DNA from: Verrucomicrobiia bacterium
GTDB lineage: Bacteria; Verrucomicrobiota; Verrucomicrobiia; Limisphaerales; SXQI01
Direction of reading: 5' to 3'
Length of the DNA: 64,000 nt
NCBI GenBank assembly: GCA_036383895.1
Contig: DASVNK010000022.1
Coordinates: 33,738-97,737, forward strand
The notes below the pieces were generated by a model. It did no database searches. It was given only the letters and a program-made list of their open reading frames with translations, and had not been told where the DNA came from. Shown piece after piece: positions 45,807 through 53,788 of this stretch; the first letter of the stretch is position 1; every line of letters starts with the position of its first letter. Both the position numbers and the translations under genes were made by a program.

Positions 45807-47534
45807 ATGTTCCGCCGCACCATTATAGCCGCCTTTTTCGCCCCCGTTTTGATATTGCACGCGCTCGCAGCGGACGCTCCCAAAGAAGTACCCGACTTCG
45901 CGCTGCTCGACACACGTGGCCGCTACTACCAACTCAAGCGAAACGACGCTCAGGTTGTCGTCCTCTTCTTCACCGCAAACGGCTGTCCAGTCGCCCGCCA
46001 AAGCATCTCCCGCCTCAAGCAGATTCAGGAGGATTTTGCCGAACGCGGCGCTCGCGTTTGGATGATCAATTCAAACACCGCTGATGACCGCGCCAGCATC
46101 CGCAAGGAAGCGGAAGAGTTTAACCTCGGTTTCTTACCGGTCCTGATCGATGAAACTCAGGGCGTAGCCGCGATGCTCGGCGTCCAACGCACCGGAACCG
46201 CCATCTGCATCGAAACCAAAAACTTCAGCGTCATCTATCAAGGCGCGATCGACGATCAGATGGTTGAAGGCACACAAAAGCCCGCACCCACCCAGCAGTA
46301 TCTCCGCGATGCTCTTTCCCAACACTTCGCCGGCCAGCCCGTAGCGAACGCTCGCACCACCGCGCGCGGTTGCCTCATCACCTTTAGCAAAGACCAAATC
46401 TCCTACTCAAAGCAAGTGGCGCCGATTCTCGCCCAGAAGTGTTTCAATTGCCACAGCTCCGGCAACATCGGCCCGATAAAATTCGAGAACTACAAAAAAG
46501 TTCACGGCGTCGCCGACATGATCCAGGAAGTGGTTCTCTCCCGGCGTATGCCGCCATGGCATGCCGATCGCCATTACGGCGCCTTCGTGAACGACTCCTC
46601 GCTCACCCTCGACGAATCGCGCACTCTTCTCCGCTGGATCGAGCAAGGCGCAAAAAAAGATGATGGCGAAGACACGCTCAGCACCGCCACGCCGCCTTCC
46701 ACCGATTGGGCCCTCGGCAAGCCGGATGCAATCATCAGCCTGCCCGCCGTCGAAAAAGTGCCCGCCACCGGCGTCCTCGATTACCGTCACATCAAAGTCA
46801 AAGCGCCCTTCGAGGAAGATGTGTGGATCAAAGGCGTTGTCGCCAAGCCAGGCAACACGCGCGTCGTTCACCACATCATCGTCCGCGTTCGTGCACCCGG
46901 CCAGAAGGGCGACAATCCAGACGACGCTTTCTTGATTGGTTGGGCGCCCGGCTCACCGGAAATCTTTTTCCCTGAAGGCACCGGCAAGTTCATTAAGAAA
47001 GGTTCAATCCTCGATTTCGAGATGCACTACACCACCTCCGGCCGCGATGAGGAGGACCAATCCAGCATTGGCGTTTACCTCCACAAGGAAAAACCAGCGA
47101 TGCAGTTCAAGACCCATGCCGCCTATAACACCGATTTCGAAATCCCACCAAACGTCAGCTCTCACGCAGCCATGGGCAAATACGTGTTCGAGAAAGACAG
47201 CTACCTCTTCGAAATGTCGCCGCACATGCACCTGCGGGGTGCGTCTTTCAAATTTGAAGCGCTTTATCCGAATGGAAAGCGCGAGACACTCCTCTCCGTT
47301 CCCAATTACGATTTCAAATGGCAGCACACCTATTCCCTAAAACAACCCAAGCGCATGCCCAAAGGCACTTGGATCATTTGCACCGGCACTTTCGATAATT
47401 CGTCACGCAACCCAGCCAACCCGAACCCGAATATTCCGGTTTACTGGGGCGACCAATCCTTCAACGAAATGTTCATCGGCTTTATGGGCGTCGCCGCCAT
47501 TCCGAAGGACGACAAATCCGTCGCCGCACGTTAA
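45807..47534 (+). CDS. Secreted fusion: redoxin/AhpC-TSA-like + CxxCH heme site + PHM/DBH-like copper monooxygenase domain
   Basis: Signal peptide MFRRTIIAAFFAPVLILHALAA. Thioredoxin-fold region (VVVLFFTANGCPVARQS). CFNCHS. Copper-ligand-like pattern VVHHIIV ... EMHYTTSG ... SPHMHLRG ... NEMFIGFMG (HH..H..HxH..M). Confidence 0.65.
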   Translation: MFRRTIIAAFFAPVLILHALAADAPKEVPDFALLDTRGRYYQLKRNDAQVVVLFFTANGCPVARQSISRLKQIQEDFAERGARVWMINSNTADDRASIRKEAEEFNLGFLPVLIDETQGVAAMLGVQRTGTAICIETKNFSVIYQGAIDDQMVEGTQKPAPTQQYLRDALSQHFAGQPVANARTTARGCLITFSKDQISYSKQVAPILAQKCFNCHSSGNIGPIKFENYKKVHGVADMIQEVVLSRRMPPWHADRHYGAFVNDSSLTLDESRTLLRWIEQGAKKDDGEDTLSTATPPSTDWALGKPDAIISLPAVEKVPATGVLDYRHIKVKAPFEEDVWIKGVVAKPGNTRVVHHIIVRVRAPGQKGDNPDDAFLIGWAPGSPEIFFPEGTGKFIKKGSILDFEMHYTTSGRDEEDQSSIGVYLHKEKPAMQFKTHAAYNTDFEIPPNVSSHAAMGKYVFEKDSYLFEMSPHMHLRGASFKFEALYPNGKRETLLSVPNYDFKWQHTYSLKQPKRMPKGTWIICTGTFDNSSRNPANPNPNIPVYWGDQSFNEMFIGFMGVAAIPKDDKSVAAR

Positions 47535-47535
47535 C

Positions 47536-48285
47536 ATGCAACTCACCGGAAAAGTCGCCTTAGTCACGGGCGGCACACGCGGCATCGGCGCCGCCACCGC
47601 GCTCGCGTTCGCCAAAGCCGGTGCGGATGTGGCGATTACTGGCCGCCGTATCGACGAAGAAGCGCAGCGAATTCACGCAGCCATTCAGGCGCTCGGCCGT
47701 CGTTGCGAACTCATTCGAGCTGATCACGCCATCCCCGCCGATAACACCCGTACCGTCACTGAAACCGAATCAAAGCTCGGCGCGATCGACGTGCTCGTGC
47801 ATTCGGCGGGAGGACCCATTAACGGCGGCTTACTCGATCTCTCCCCGGAAGATTGGCAACGCGCCTTCGATGTCCACATTCACGCGATTTTCCACCTCAG
47901 CCGCGCCGTCATCCCGAAAATGCGCGAGAAGCGCGAAGGAGCAATCGTCCTGGTCGGCTCAACCGCTGGCATTCGCGGCATCATTACGAACGTCGCCTAT
48001 CAAGTTGTCAAAGGCGCAATCCCGCAATTCACCCGCGCGCTCGCCCGCGAATTCGCCAACGACAATATCCGCGTCAACTGTGTTGCTCCCGGCGTGATCC
48101 GCACCGACTTCCACGCGACCATGAGCGCAGAGCAAAAACGCCTCAATCTCGAGCAACGCATTCCTCTCCATAGAGAAGGCACTCCAGAGCAAGTTGCCGA
48201 AGTCATCCTGATGCTCGCCTCGAACGATTACATCACCGGCGAAACAATGGTGATCGACGGTGGCCTCACGATGCGCATCGCTTAA
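47536..48285 (+). CDS. Short-chain dehydrogenase/reductase (FabG-like)
   Basis: TGGTRGIGAA, NSAG-equivalent (VHSAGG), catalytic YQVVKGA. Confidence 0.85.
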   Translation: MQLTGKVALVTGGTRGIGAATALAFAKAGADVAITGRRIDEEAQRIHAAIQALGRRCELIRADHAIPADNTRTVTETESKLGAIDVLVHSAGGPINGGLLDLSPEDWQRAFDVHIHAIFHLSRAVIPKMREKREGAIVLVGSTAGIRGIITNVAYQVVKGAIPQFTRALAREFANDNIRVNCVAPGVIRTDFHATMSAEQKRLNLEQRIPLHREGTPEQVAEVILMLASNDYITGETMVIDGGLTMRIA

Positions 48286-48295
48286 CGGTACAAAG

Positions 48296-48330
48296 AAAAA
48301 CGCCGGAGTTCCTCCGGCGTCTGCAAAAAC
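48296..48330. terminator. Bidirectional terminator between convergent genes
   Basis: AAAAA, then 9-bp stem ACGCCGGAG / CTCCGGCGT (48300..48308 and 48312..48320), loop TTC, flanked downstream by CTGCAAAAA. Confidence 0.6.
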
Positions 48331-48350
48331 TAAGTTGATCGTAATAGATT

Positions 48351-49529
48351 TTACCGCGTTCCCATCCCCACGCTCTGCACTGTCTGGAACAACTTCCCTT
48401 CCGTCTTAATGCTCGGCGCGATGATAATCTCGGTCTCCTGAAACTCGCGGATGTTCTTCGCGCCCACGTTGCCCATGCAAGTCGTGATCGCACCGACCAA
48501 ATTCTGCGAACCATCATCCACTGTGGCAGGACCGAACAAAATCTGCTTCAACGAACCACTCAGTCCCACCCGAATGCGCGTGCCGCGCGGCAGATTCGCG
48601 TGTGGCGTCGCCATACCCCAATGGAATCCCTGTCCAGGCGATTCCTCAGAGCGCGCAAATGCACTTCCAACCATCACCGCATCCGAACCGCAAGCTAGCG
48701 CTTTGCAAACGTCGCCGCCCTTGCTCATCCCACCGTCGGTGATGATCGGCACGTAACGGCCACTCTGCTTGAAATAGTAATCGCGTGCCGCGGCGCAATC
48801 CGCCGTCGCCGTCACCTGCGGAACACCGAGCCCCAATACCCCTCGGCTCGTGCAAGCCGCACCCGGCCCCACTCCGATCAACACACCCGCCACCCCGCAC
48901 TGCATCAGTTCCAGCGTCACGTTGTAAGTCACCGCGTTCCCGATGATCACCGGGATCTTCATCTTCTTGCAGAAATCCGCCAGTTCCAGCGTTTTGTATT
49001 GCGATGAAATATGGCGAACAGTCGATACCGTCGATTGCACGATGAACAAATCCGCGCCCGCTTCCTGCGCAATCGCCGCGAACTGCTCCGCTTTCTGCGG
49101 AATCGAACTCACCGCCGCCAGCACCCCGGACTGCTTAATTTCCTTGATCCGCCGCGCGATCAACTCTTCCTTGATCGGCTCGGTGTAAATCTGCTGCAGG
49201 ATTCCGGTGACCTCTTCCTTGCTCGCGGTCAGGATCTTCTTCAGCGCTTCGCCAGGATTGTGATAGCGCGTCTGGATGCCCTCCAAATTAATCACCCCCA
49301 GGCCGCCCAGCTTTCCCATCTCCACGCAGAACGGCACATCCGTCACGCCGTCCATCGCGCTCGCCATGATCGGAATCTTCAGGGTGATCGCGCTGCCGTC
49401 AGGGCGGGGGATCGAGAAGCTCGTATCCACTTCCAACGGGTTGATCGTCACCTCGCCCGGCACGAGCGCGATCTCATCGAACCCATAGGTGACACGTGCT
49501 TTTCGATTGCGGCCAATCCACATTCCCAT
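48351..49529 (-). CDS. GuaB3-type IMP-dehydrogenase-related protein (no CBS pair evident)
   Basis: ..FDEIALVPG.., ..IPIMASAMDGV.., ..IGVGPGAACTSR.. (catalytic Cys loop), ..ITDGGM... Start taken at MGMWIGRN (49529), 25 nt below the upstream gene end. The track ORF extends 69 codons further. Confidence 0.8.
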   Translation of the reverse strand: MGMWIGRNRKARVTYGFDEIALVPGEVTINPLEVDTSFSIPRPDGSAITLKIPIMASAMDGVTDVPFCVEMGKLGGLGVINLEGIQTRYHNPGEALKKILTASKEEVTGILQQIYTEPIKEELIARRIKEIKQSGVLAAVSSIPQKAEQFAAIAQEAGADLFIVQSTVSTVRHISSQYKTLELADFCKKMKIPVIIGNAVTYNVTLELMQCGVAGVLIGVGPGAACTSRGVLGLGVPQVTATADCAAARDYYFKQSGRYVPIITDGGMSKGGDVCKALACGSDAVMVGSAFARSEESPGQGFHWGMATPHANLPRGTRIRVGLSGSLKQILFGPATVDDGSQNLVGAITTCMGNVGAKNIREFQETEIIIAPSIKTEGKLFQTVQSVGMGTR

Positions 49530-49554
49530 AGTTACAGTCTCTTCTTTAGCAGGG

Positions 49555-49830
49555 TTAAAAATTAAATACCTCGTTCGTCTTTCCGCATTGGGGACAGCGC
49601 GAGCGATCCACGTCGGCGTCATCCGTATAAACGAAGGAACAATCTTCGCAACGGAAAATGTGGTCTTCGCTCGGCACCGGCTCGAATCGTTTACGACGAA
49701 GCTCGTAATATACGACCACGCATGAAAGCGCCGCAAGCAAAGTTGCCACGTAGAGGAAAATGACCTGGTCCGGTGACACGATCTTCAGCGCTTCACGTTG
49801 TTCGTGTCGCTCAAGTGTAGCGTATGCCAC
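49555..49830 (-). CDS. Small membrane-anchored zinc-ribbon protein
   Basis: One TM helix (VIFLYVATLLAALSCVVVYY). C-terminal CxxC...CxxC (FRCEDCSF...SRCPQCGK). The GTG start at 49830 overlaps the upstream gene. An alternative GTG lies at 49779. Confidence 0.5.
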   Translation of the reverse strand: MAYATLERHEQREALKIVSPDQVIFLYVATLLAALSCVVVYYELRRKRFEPVPSEDHIFRCEDCSFVYTDDADVDRSRCPQCGKTNEVFNF

Positions 49831-50540
49831 CGAAAGATCAATTTTCCCACTTCAGGAACGTTTTCCCTCGATTTAGCAGGCAAAAACCGCGCTCGTTTCG
49901 CCAACGCCAGACCCTCCTGGTCCACCCGCGCCGAACCACAATTCTCCAAAATTCGCGCTGAAATCACCAGCCCGTCCCGTCCAACGATCGCCTCAACGAT
50001 CGTCTCGTTCAAAATATCCGAATGAAATTGCACCGGCAAGGGCAGGGGAGTGGCTAATCCGCGACCGGAAAATCCCGACAACTCCAGTTCCGATTGACGC
50101 TTCGTTTCTTCTCGCGGAGATACTTCCTGCGGCAACACCGCCGTGGCCCGCCGTTGCCGCGCAAACGCAAACTCCGGCAACCGCTCTTCTGCCCCCTTTA
50201 TCTTTCTCGCCTCCGCCAGCTGTAAAAATGCCGGCGCGATTCGGCTCTTCGGCTCCGGCACCTCCCATTCCGGCTTCCGCAACCAGGCCTCGCCCGAAAA
50301 ACCGTTACCGCTCGCCGCCGCAAACAAAAAAGGATTCTCCAATTCCAGCCACTCGCGATTCACCTTTCCCGCTGCCGGCGCAAACGCCACCTTCGGTTCA
50401 GCCGGATACACCACCCGCTCCGCCAGTCGTTTCTGCGAACCCCAAATCATCAACCCCACTTGCAGCACGAACACAAATGCGATCACTGCAATCCACTTGC
50501 CGCGCTTCCACCGGACTAAATCTTTTTCAATCTCCAGCAC
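49785..50540 (-). CDS. TonB-like energy-transducer protein (divergent)
   Basis: N-terminal TM anchor (WIAVIAFVFVLQVGLMIW). C-terminal ..VEAIVGRDGLVISARILENCGSARVDQEGLALAKRARFLPA.. resembles the TonB C-terminal domain. Follows exbB/exbD. Confidence 0.6.
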   Translation of the reverse strand: MLEIEKDLVRWKRGKWIAVIAFVFVLQVGLMIWGSQKRLAERVVYPAEPKVAFAPAAGKVNREWLELENPFLFAAASGNGFSGEAWLRKPEWEVPEPKSRIAPAFLQLAEARKIKGAEERLPEFAFARQRRATAVLPQEVSPREETKRQSELELSGFSGRGLATPLPLPVQFHSDILNETIVEAIVGRDGLVISARILENCGSARVDQEGLALAKRARFLPAKSRENVPEVGKLIFRWHTLHLSDTNNVKR

Positions 50541-50552
50541 TGCTCAACGTCG

Positions 50553-51224
50553 TTACATTGCCGGCGGCCGCGTCCCAATCATCACCTGCGCAATTCCGGC
50601 TTTCCGCGCAATCTTGCTCAACTCTGTCACCTTCTCCACCGGCAAATTCCGATCCGCCTGCAGCAACAACGTCAACGGCCCACCCGCGCGCTCCACCGCC
50701 TCCGCCAGCTTCAACTGCAACGCCGCTTCCTGGATCTTCTGGTGCTGATAAAAAATCTGCCCATTCAAATTCACTCCCACCACCACCACCGGATTCGCCA
50801 CCCCCGCAAATCCCGCATCCTCCGGCAACTCCAGCCTCGAACCCGGCACCTTGATCTGCACTCCCGCGCCCTTCAGCAAATTCTCAACTCTCTCCGCGAT
50901 CTTCTCGGAAGAACCGGGCGCCCGGTCAAAAACCACCCGCGCGGGAAGCTCGCCTCGCCGTTCTAATTGAGCGAGTTCCTTCTCAAATCCCGCCAGGTCC
51001 ATCGGCTGACCTAAAAATTCAATCGCTCCGTCCTGCCCCACACTCACCATTCGCTCCGCCATCACTACCGGCTCGTCATCCTCCGCCAGAGCAATCGGCA
51101 CTCCCGGAAAAAACACGTGCGAATAAAACAGCACCATGAACAGCACCGTCGCGAAAAACAGCCCCGCAAACGGCGCCGCATCCACACCCCCCCGAAAAAT
51201 CTTCACATTCCGCGGATACCTCAT
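50553..51224 (-). CDS. exbD: ExbD/TolR-family protein with tandem periplasmic domains
   Basis: N-terminal TM (PFAGLFFATVLFMVLF). Two successive ExbD-like periplasmic units (..VSVGQDGAIEFLGQPMDL...VVFDRAPGSSEKIAERVENLLKGAGVQI.. and ..VGVNLNGQIFYQHQKI...LLLQADRNLPVEKVTELSKIARKAGIAQV..). 223 aa, compared with about 135-140 aa for typical ExbD. Confidence 0.75.
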   Translation of the reverse strand: MRYPRNVKIFRGGVDAAPFAGLFFATVLFMVLFYSHVFFPGVPIALAEDDEPVVMAERMVSVGQDGAIEFLGQPMDLAGFEKELAQLERRGELPARVVFDRAPGSSEKIAERVENLLKGAGVQIKVPGSRLELPEDAGFAGVANPVVVVGVNLNGQIFYQHQKIQEAALQLKLAEAVERAGGPLTLLLQADRNLPVEKVTELSKIARKAGIAQVMIGTRPPAM

Positions 51225-51262
51225 TCTATCGATAAAACTCCGTACGCATCATCCAAGACCTT

Positions 51263-51344
51263 TTTCCGTGCATTCCGTGTATTCTGCGTATTCCGTGGTT
51301 ACCCTCCGCCCCCCCATTCGTGTTCATTCGTGTCCATTCGTGGT
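51263..51344. repeat. Two blocks of short tandem repeats in the exbB-exbD intergenic region
   Basis: Block A is 9-nt units TTTCCGTGC/ATTCCGTGT/ATTCTGCGT/ATTCCGTGG (51263..51298). Block B is 10-nt units CATTCGTGTT/CATTCGTGTC/CATTCGTGGT (51315..51344). Both blocks end in CGTGGTT. Confidence 0.6.
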
Positions 51345-51355
51345 TGCCCTTTTCT

Positions 51356-51970
51356 TCACCGCCGCAACTCACTCACCATATTCAAGATCTCCGTCGACAC
51401 CTTCTCCATATCCAGCACGATCGCATTCACCCGGCTCACCAAATAGTTATATCCAGCGTACCCCGGAATCGCGATCGCCAACCCCACCGCCGTGCAGATC
51501 AATCCCTGCCAAACCCCCTCCGAAACCTGCGCCATGTGCGAATACCGCCCCGCCTCCTGCAATCGCATAAACACCTGGATAAATCCCAGCACCGTTCCCA
51601 AAAAACCCATCAACGGCGCAATCTGCGCAATCGTCGCCAGCACATTCAACTTTTCCTCCAACCGCGGCACCTCCACCAAACCCGCTTCCTCCAGCGCCTC
51701 CCGCACCCCCTCACGCCCGCGTTCCCGATTCAAAATCGCCGTCTTCACCAACCGCGGCACCGGCCCTGGCGTTGCATCACAAATCGAAAGCGCCTCCACC
51801 ACATTCTCCCGCTTCAACACATTCCGCACCCCGTTAATGAACTCGCTCGAATTGATCTGCGCCCGATGATAATGCAGCAGTCGCTCGATAAAAACGGCAA
51901 TCCCGACCGCGCTGACCAGCAGCAGCAGCCACATCATTAACCCGCCCTTGACGAGCAGCGTCGGCAACAT
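51356..51970 (-). CDS. exbB: MotA/TolQ/ExbB proton-channel protein
   Basis: Start taken at MLPTLLVKGGLMMWLLLLVSAVGIAVFIERLL. Also ..IAPLMGFLGTVLGFI.., ..GLICTAVGLAIAIPGY... The 60-codon upstream extension in the track runs through non-coding repeats. Confidence 0.85.
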   Translation of the reverse strand: MLPTLLVKGGLMMWLLLLVSAVGIAVFIERLLHYHRAQINSSEFINGVRNVLKRENVVEALSICDATPGPVPRLVKTAILNRERGREGVREALEEAGLVEVPRLEEKLNVLATIAQIAPLMGFLGTVLGFIQVFMRLQEAGRYSHMAQVSEGVWQGLICTAVGLAIAIPGYAGYNYLVSRVNAIVLDMEKVSTEILNMVSELRR

Positions 51971-52229
51971 GCCGCATATATAAAGGCCCCCTCCCCGAAC
52001 TTCAAAGTGGAAACTCAACCACGGGTGCGATCCAAGCCGAGGGGCGTGATTTAAAGGCGGGTGAGGTGACCACGATCCATTCGCGATTTCGAAAGCATTT
52101 TGTGCCCACGGTAGGGCGCGTTGTCCCAACGCGCCCCGGGCGCAAGGCAACCATCCCCCAACCCAGATCGCCGGAGCGTAATTTCACCCAAAATAACTCC
52201 CCAACCAGGGTCGTCTTTATCAACCCAAA

Positions 52230-52457
52230 CACGCCGGAGGGCTGTTCGGAAAGTAGTCCTCTGAGCATTCCCGTCCATTTTTTCTTGGTCCGTTTCCCTT
52301 CCCTTTTGAACGCGCGTTTAAGCTTCTGCGTCTCACGTTTCCACCCCGGAGGGGTGTCTGGAAAGTAGCCGGTCGCAAGCGAGTCTTCGAGCGCAGCCAC
52401 CGGTTCCGGCATTATATTATACACGTTGCACCCCGGCGGGGTGCCGGAAGGATTCAT
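52230..52457. repeat. Three dispersed copies of a ~30-nt hairpin-bearing repeat in a ~640-nt non-coding gap
   Basis: CACGCCGGAGGGCTGTTCGGAAAGTAGTCC (52230..52259). CACCCCGGAGGGGTGTCTGGAAAGTAGCCG (52342..52371). CACCCCGGCGGGGTGCCGGAAGGATTCA (52429..52457). Copies 2 and 3 begin with a 6-bp hairpin CACCCC-GGN-GGGGTG; copy 1 has a degenerate version. Confidence 0.5.
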
Positions 52458-52606
52458 CGTGACCCGCATTCGTAATCGCAGCCCTCAGCACAGAATGTCG
52501 GATCAACCAGTGGTCGCCGGTCGCAGGCACCAATCCCCGGGATACTCAACATCAGCGAATGCCTCGCGGATCTGAGCCTTCAATTCTTCAAGGTTCGATT
52601 CGCCTT

Positions 52607-52936
52607 TCATCTTGGGTCCGGTCGTTCGATATGAAACACCTCCCGCAACTCCACCGCCACCGGGCTACCATCCGCATTCGCCGGCATCAACTCCCTCATA
52701 TACTTCCACCACCTCTGGCAAACCCCTGTCCCGCTAATCGCCTCCCACTGCCCCTCGCTTTCAAACTCCACATAAGCAAAAAGCTGCCGCGTCTCCGCAT
52801 GCAGAAAAATGGAGTAATTCCGAACCCCATGCTCCAGCAACGTCTTTTCCAGTTCCGGCCAGATCGGCCGATGTCGCCGCTCATACTCCTCCTCTGCCCC
52901 CGCATTCACCGTCATCACAAATGCTTTCCGCATCAT
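52607..52936 (-). CDS. rhaM: L-rhamnose mutarotase
   Basis: [55 protein letters not shown]... is the RhaM pattern. About 109 aa from the MM start. Confidence 0.8.
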   Translation of the reverse strand: MMRKAFVMTVNAGAEEEYERRHRPIWPELEKTLLEHGVRNYSIFLHAETRQLFAYVEFESEGQWEAISGTGVCQRWWKYMRELMPANADGSPVAVELREVFHIERPDPR

Positions 52937-53104
52937 ACTTAAACTCCTCTTCAAGCTGTCTGCGCTCGCGCTGCGAGTGCACTTCACCATCCCGTCGGAA
53001 ACATTTTCATTGTTTAAACTCCTTTCGCTGCAAAAAAACTCATTTTTTTAAAATGGGTCGGTCAATAAATGGCATACCCCTCCCTCTATCTTGAGTTCAA
53101 AAAT

Positions 53105-53689
53105 ATGAGCACAAACATCGAAAAGACCCGTCCGGACGACATCCTCGGCAACCTTCCGGAAGACCAACAACACCTCATCCTGGACTGGTGCGAAGAACTC
53201 TCCTACCGCGACGCCCTCAAGAGAATCGCCGCTCCCGCGCCGGAAGGCCTCGGCCTCACCGTCCACTACACTTCGCTCCGCCGCTTTTTCATGAAGCGTT
53301 TCCCAGAGCGTTACCTCCAGGAGCGCACCACCGCGCTGGCCGAATTCTCCGGTGCCGCCAGCGACATCGCCGCAGCGGATTTCGGAACCTATTGGTCTCT
53401 CGCCAAGGAATCTTTGGAAAAGCACCTCTTCGTGCGCCTGCAGAAGGACAACTTCGACTCCCGCGATCTTTCCACTTTAATGCGCCTGGCCCTCCGCATG
53501 GAAGACCAACGCCTCCGATGGGCCCGGCAATTCAATGATGCAGAACGGACCAACAATGAAACTCAGCGCCTTCAACTCGAAAGGAAAGCCGCTGAGCGCG
53601 AAGCCGTCTATGCCCGGGAGCGCGCCGCCAGTTTCGACGAGATCATGCGCCGGAGTTGCGCACAAGAATCAAAAACTGAGCACGTTTGA
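53105..53689 (+). CDS. Hypothetical protein (helical, Arg/Glu-rich C-terminus)
   Basis: ORF from MSTNIEKTRPDD. Protein-like composition. No motif recognised. Confidence 0.4.
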   Translation: MSTNIEKTRPDDILGNLPEDQQHLILDWCEELSYRDALKRIAAPAPEGLGLTVHYTSLRRFFMKRFPERYLQERTTALAEFSGAASDIAAADFGTYWSLAKESLEKHLFVRLQKDNFDSRDLSTLMRLALRMEDQRLRWARQFNDAERTNNETQRLQLERKAAEREAVYARERAASFDEIMRRSCAQESKTEHV

Positions 53690-53716
53690 GCACGTTTGAT
53701 CACCATTGATCACGCT
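53677..53716. repeat. Four phased 10-bp direct repeats
   Basis: TGAGCACGTT TGAGCACGTT TGATCACCAT TGATCACGCT. They span the stop codon at 53687..53689 and sit about 75 bp upstream of the next gene. Confidence 0.6.
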
Positions 53717-53788
53717 TTTCTCGCGAAGAAAATTGATCCGCTAAACACGCATCTTTTCACGGTTCCTCCCGTGCGATAATGTCGCTCA

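Noticed and set aside
51263-51344. CRISPR array
   Set aside because: The units are 9-10 nt and directly abutting, with no spacers. No cas genes occur in the window.
52002-52469. 155-aa minus-strand ORF in the exbB upstream gap
   Set aside because: Its sequence is just the translation of the three hairpin repeats (..PSGTPPGCN.., ..FPDTPPGWK.., ..SEQPSGVFG..). It has no plausible start context, so it is treated as non-coding repeat DNA.
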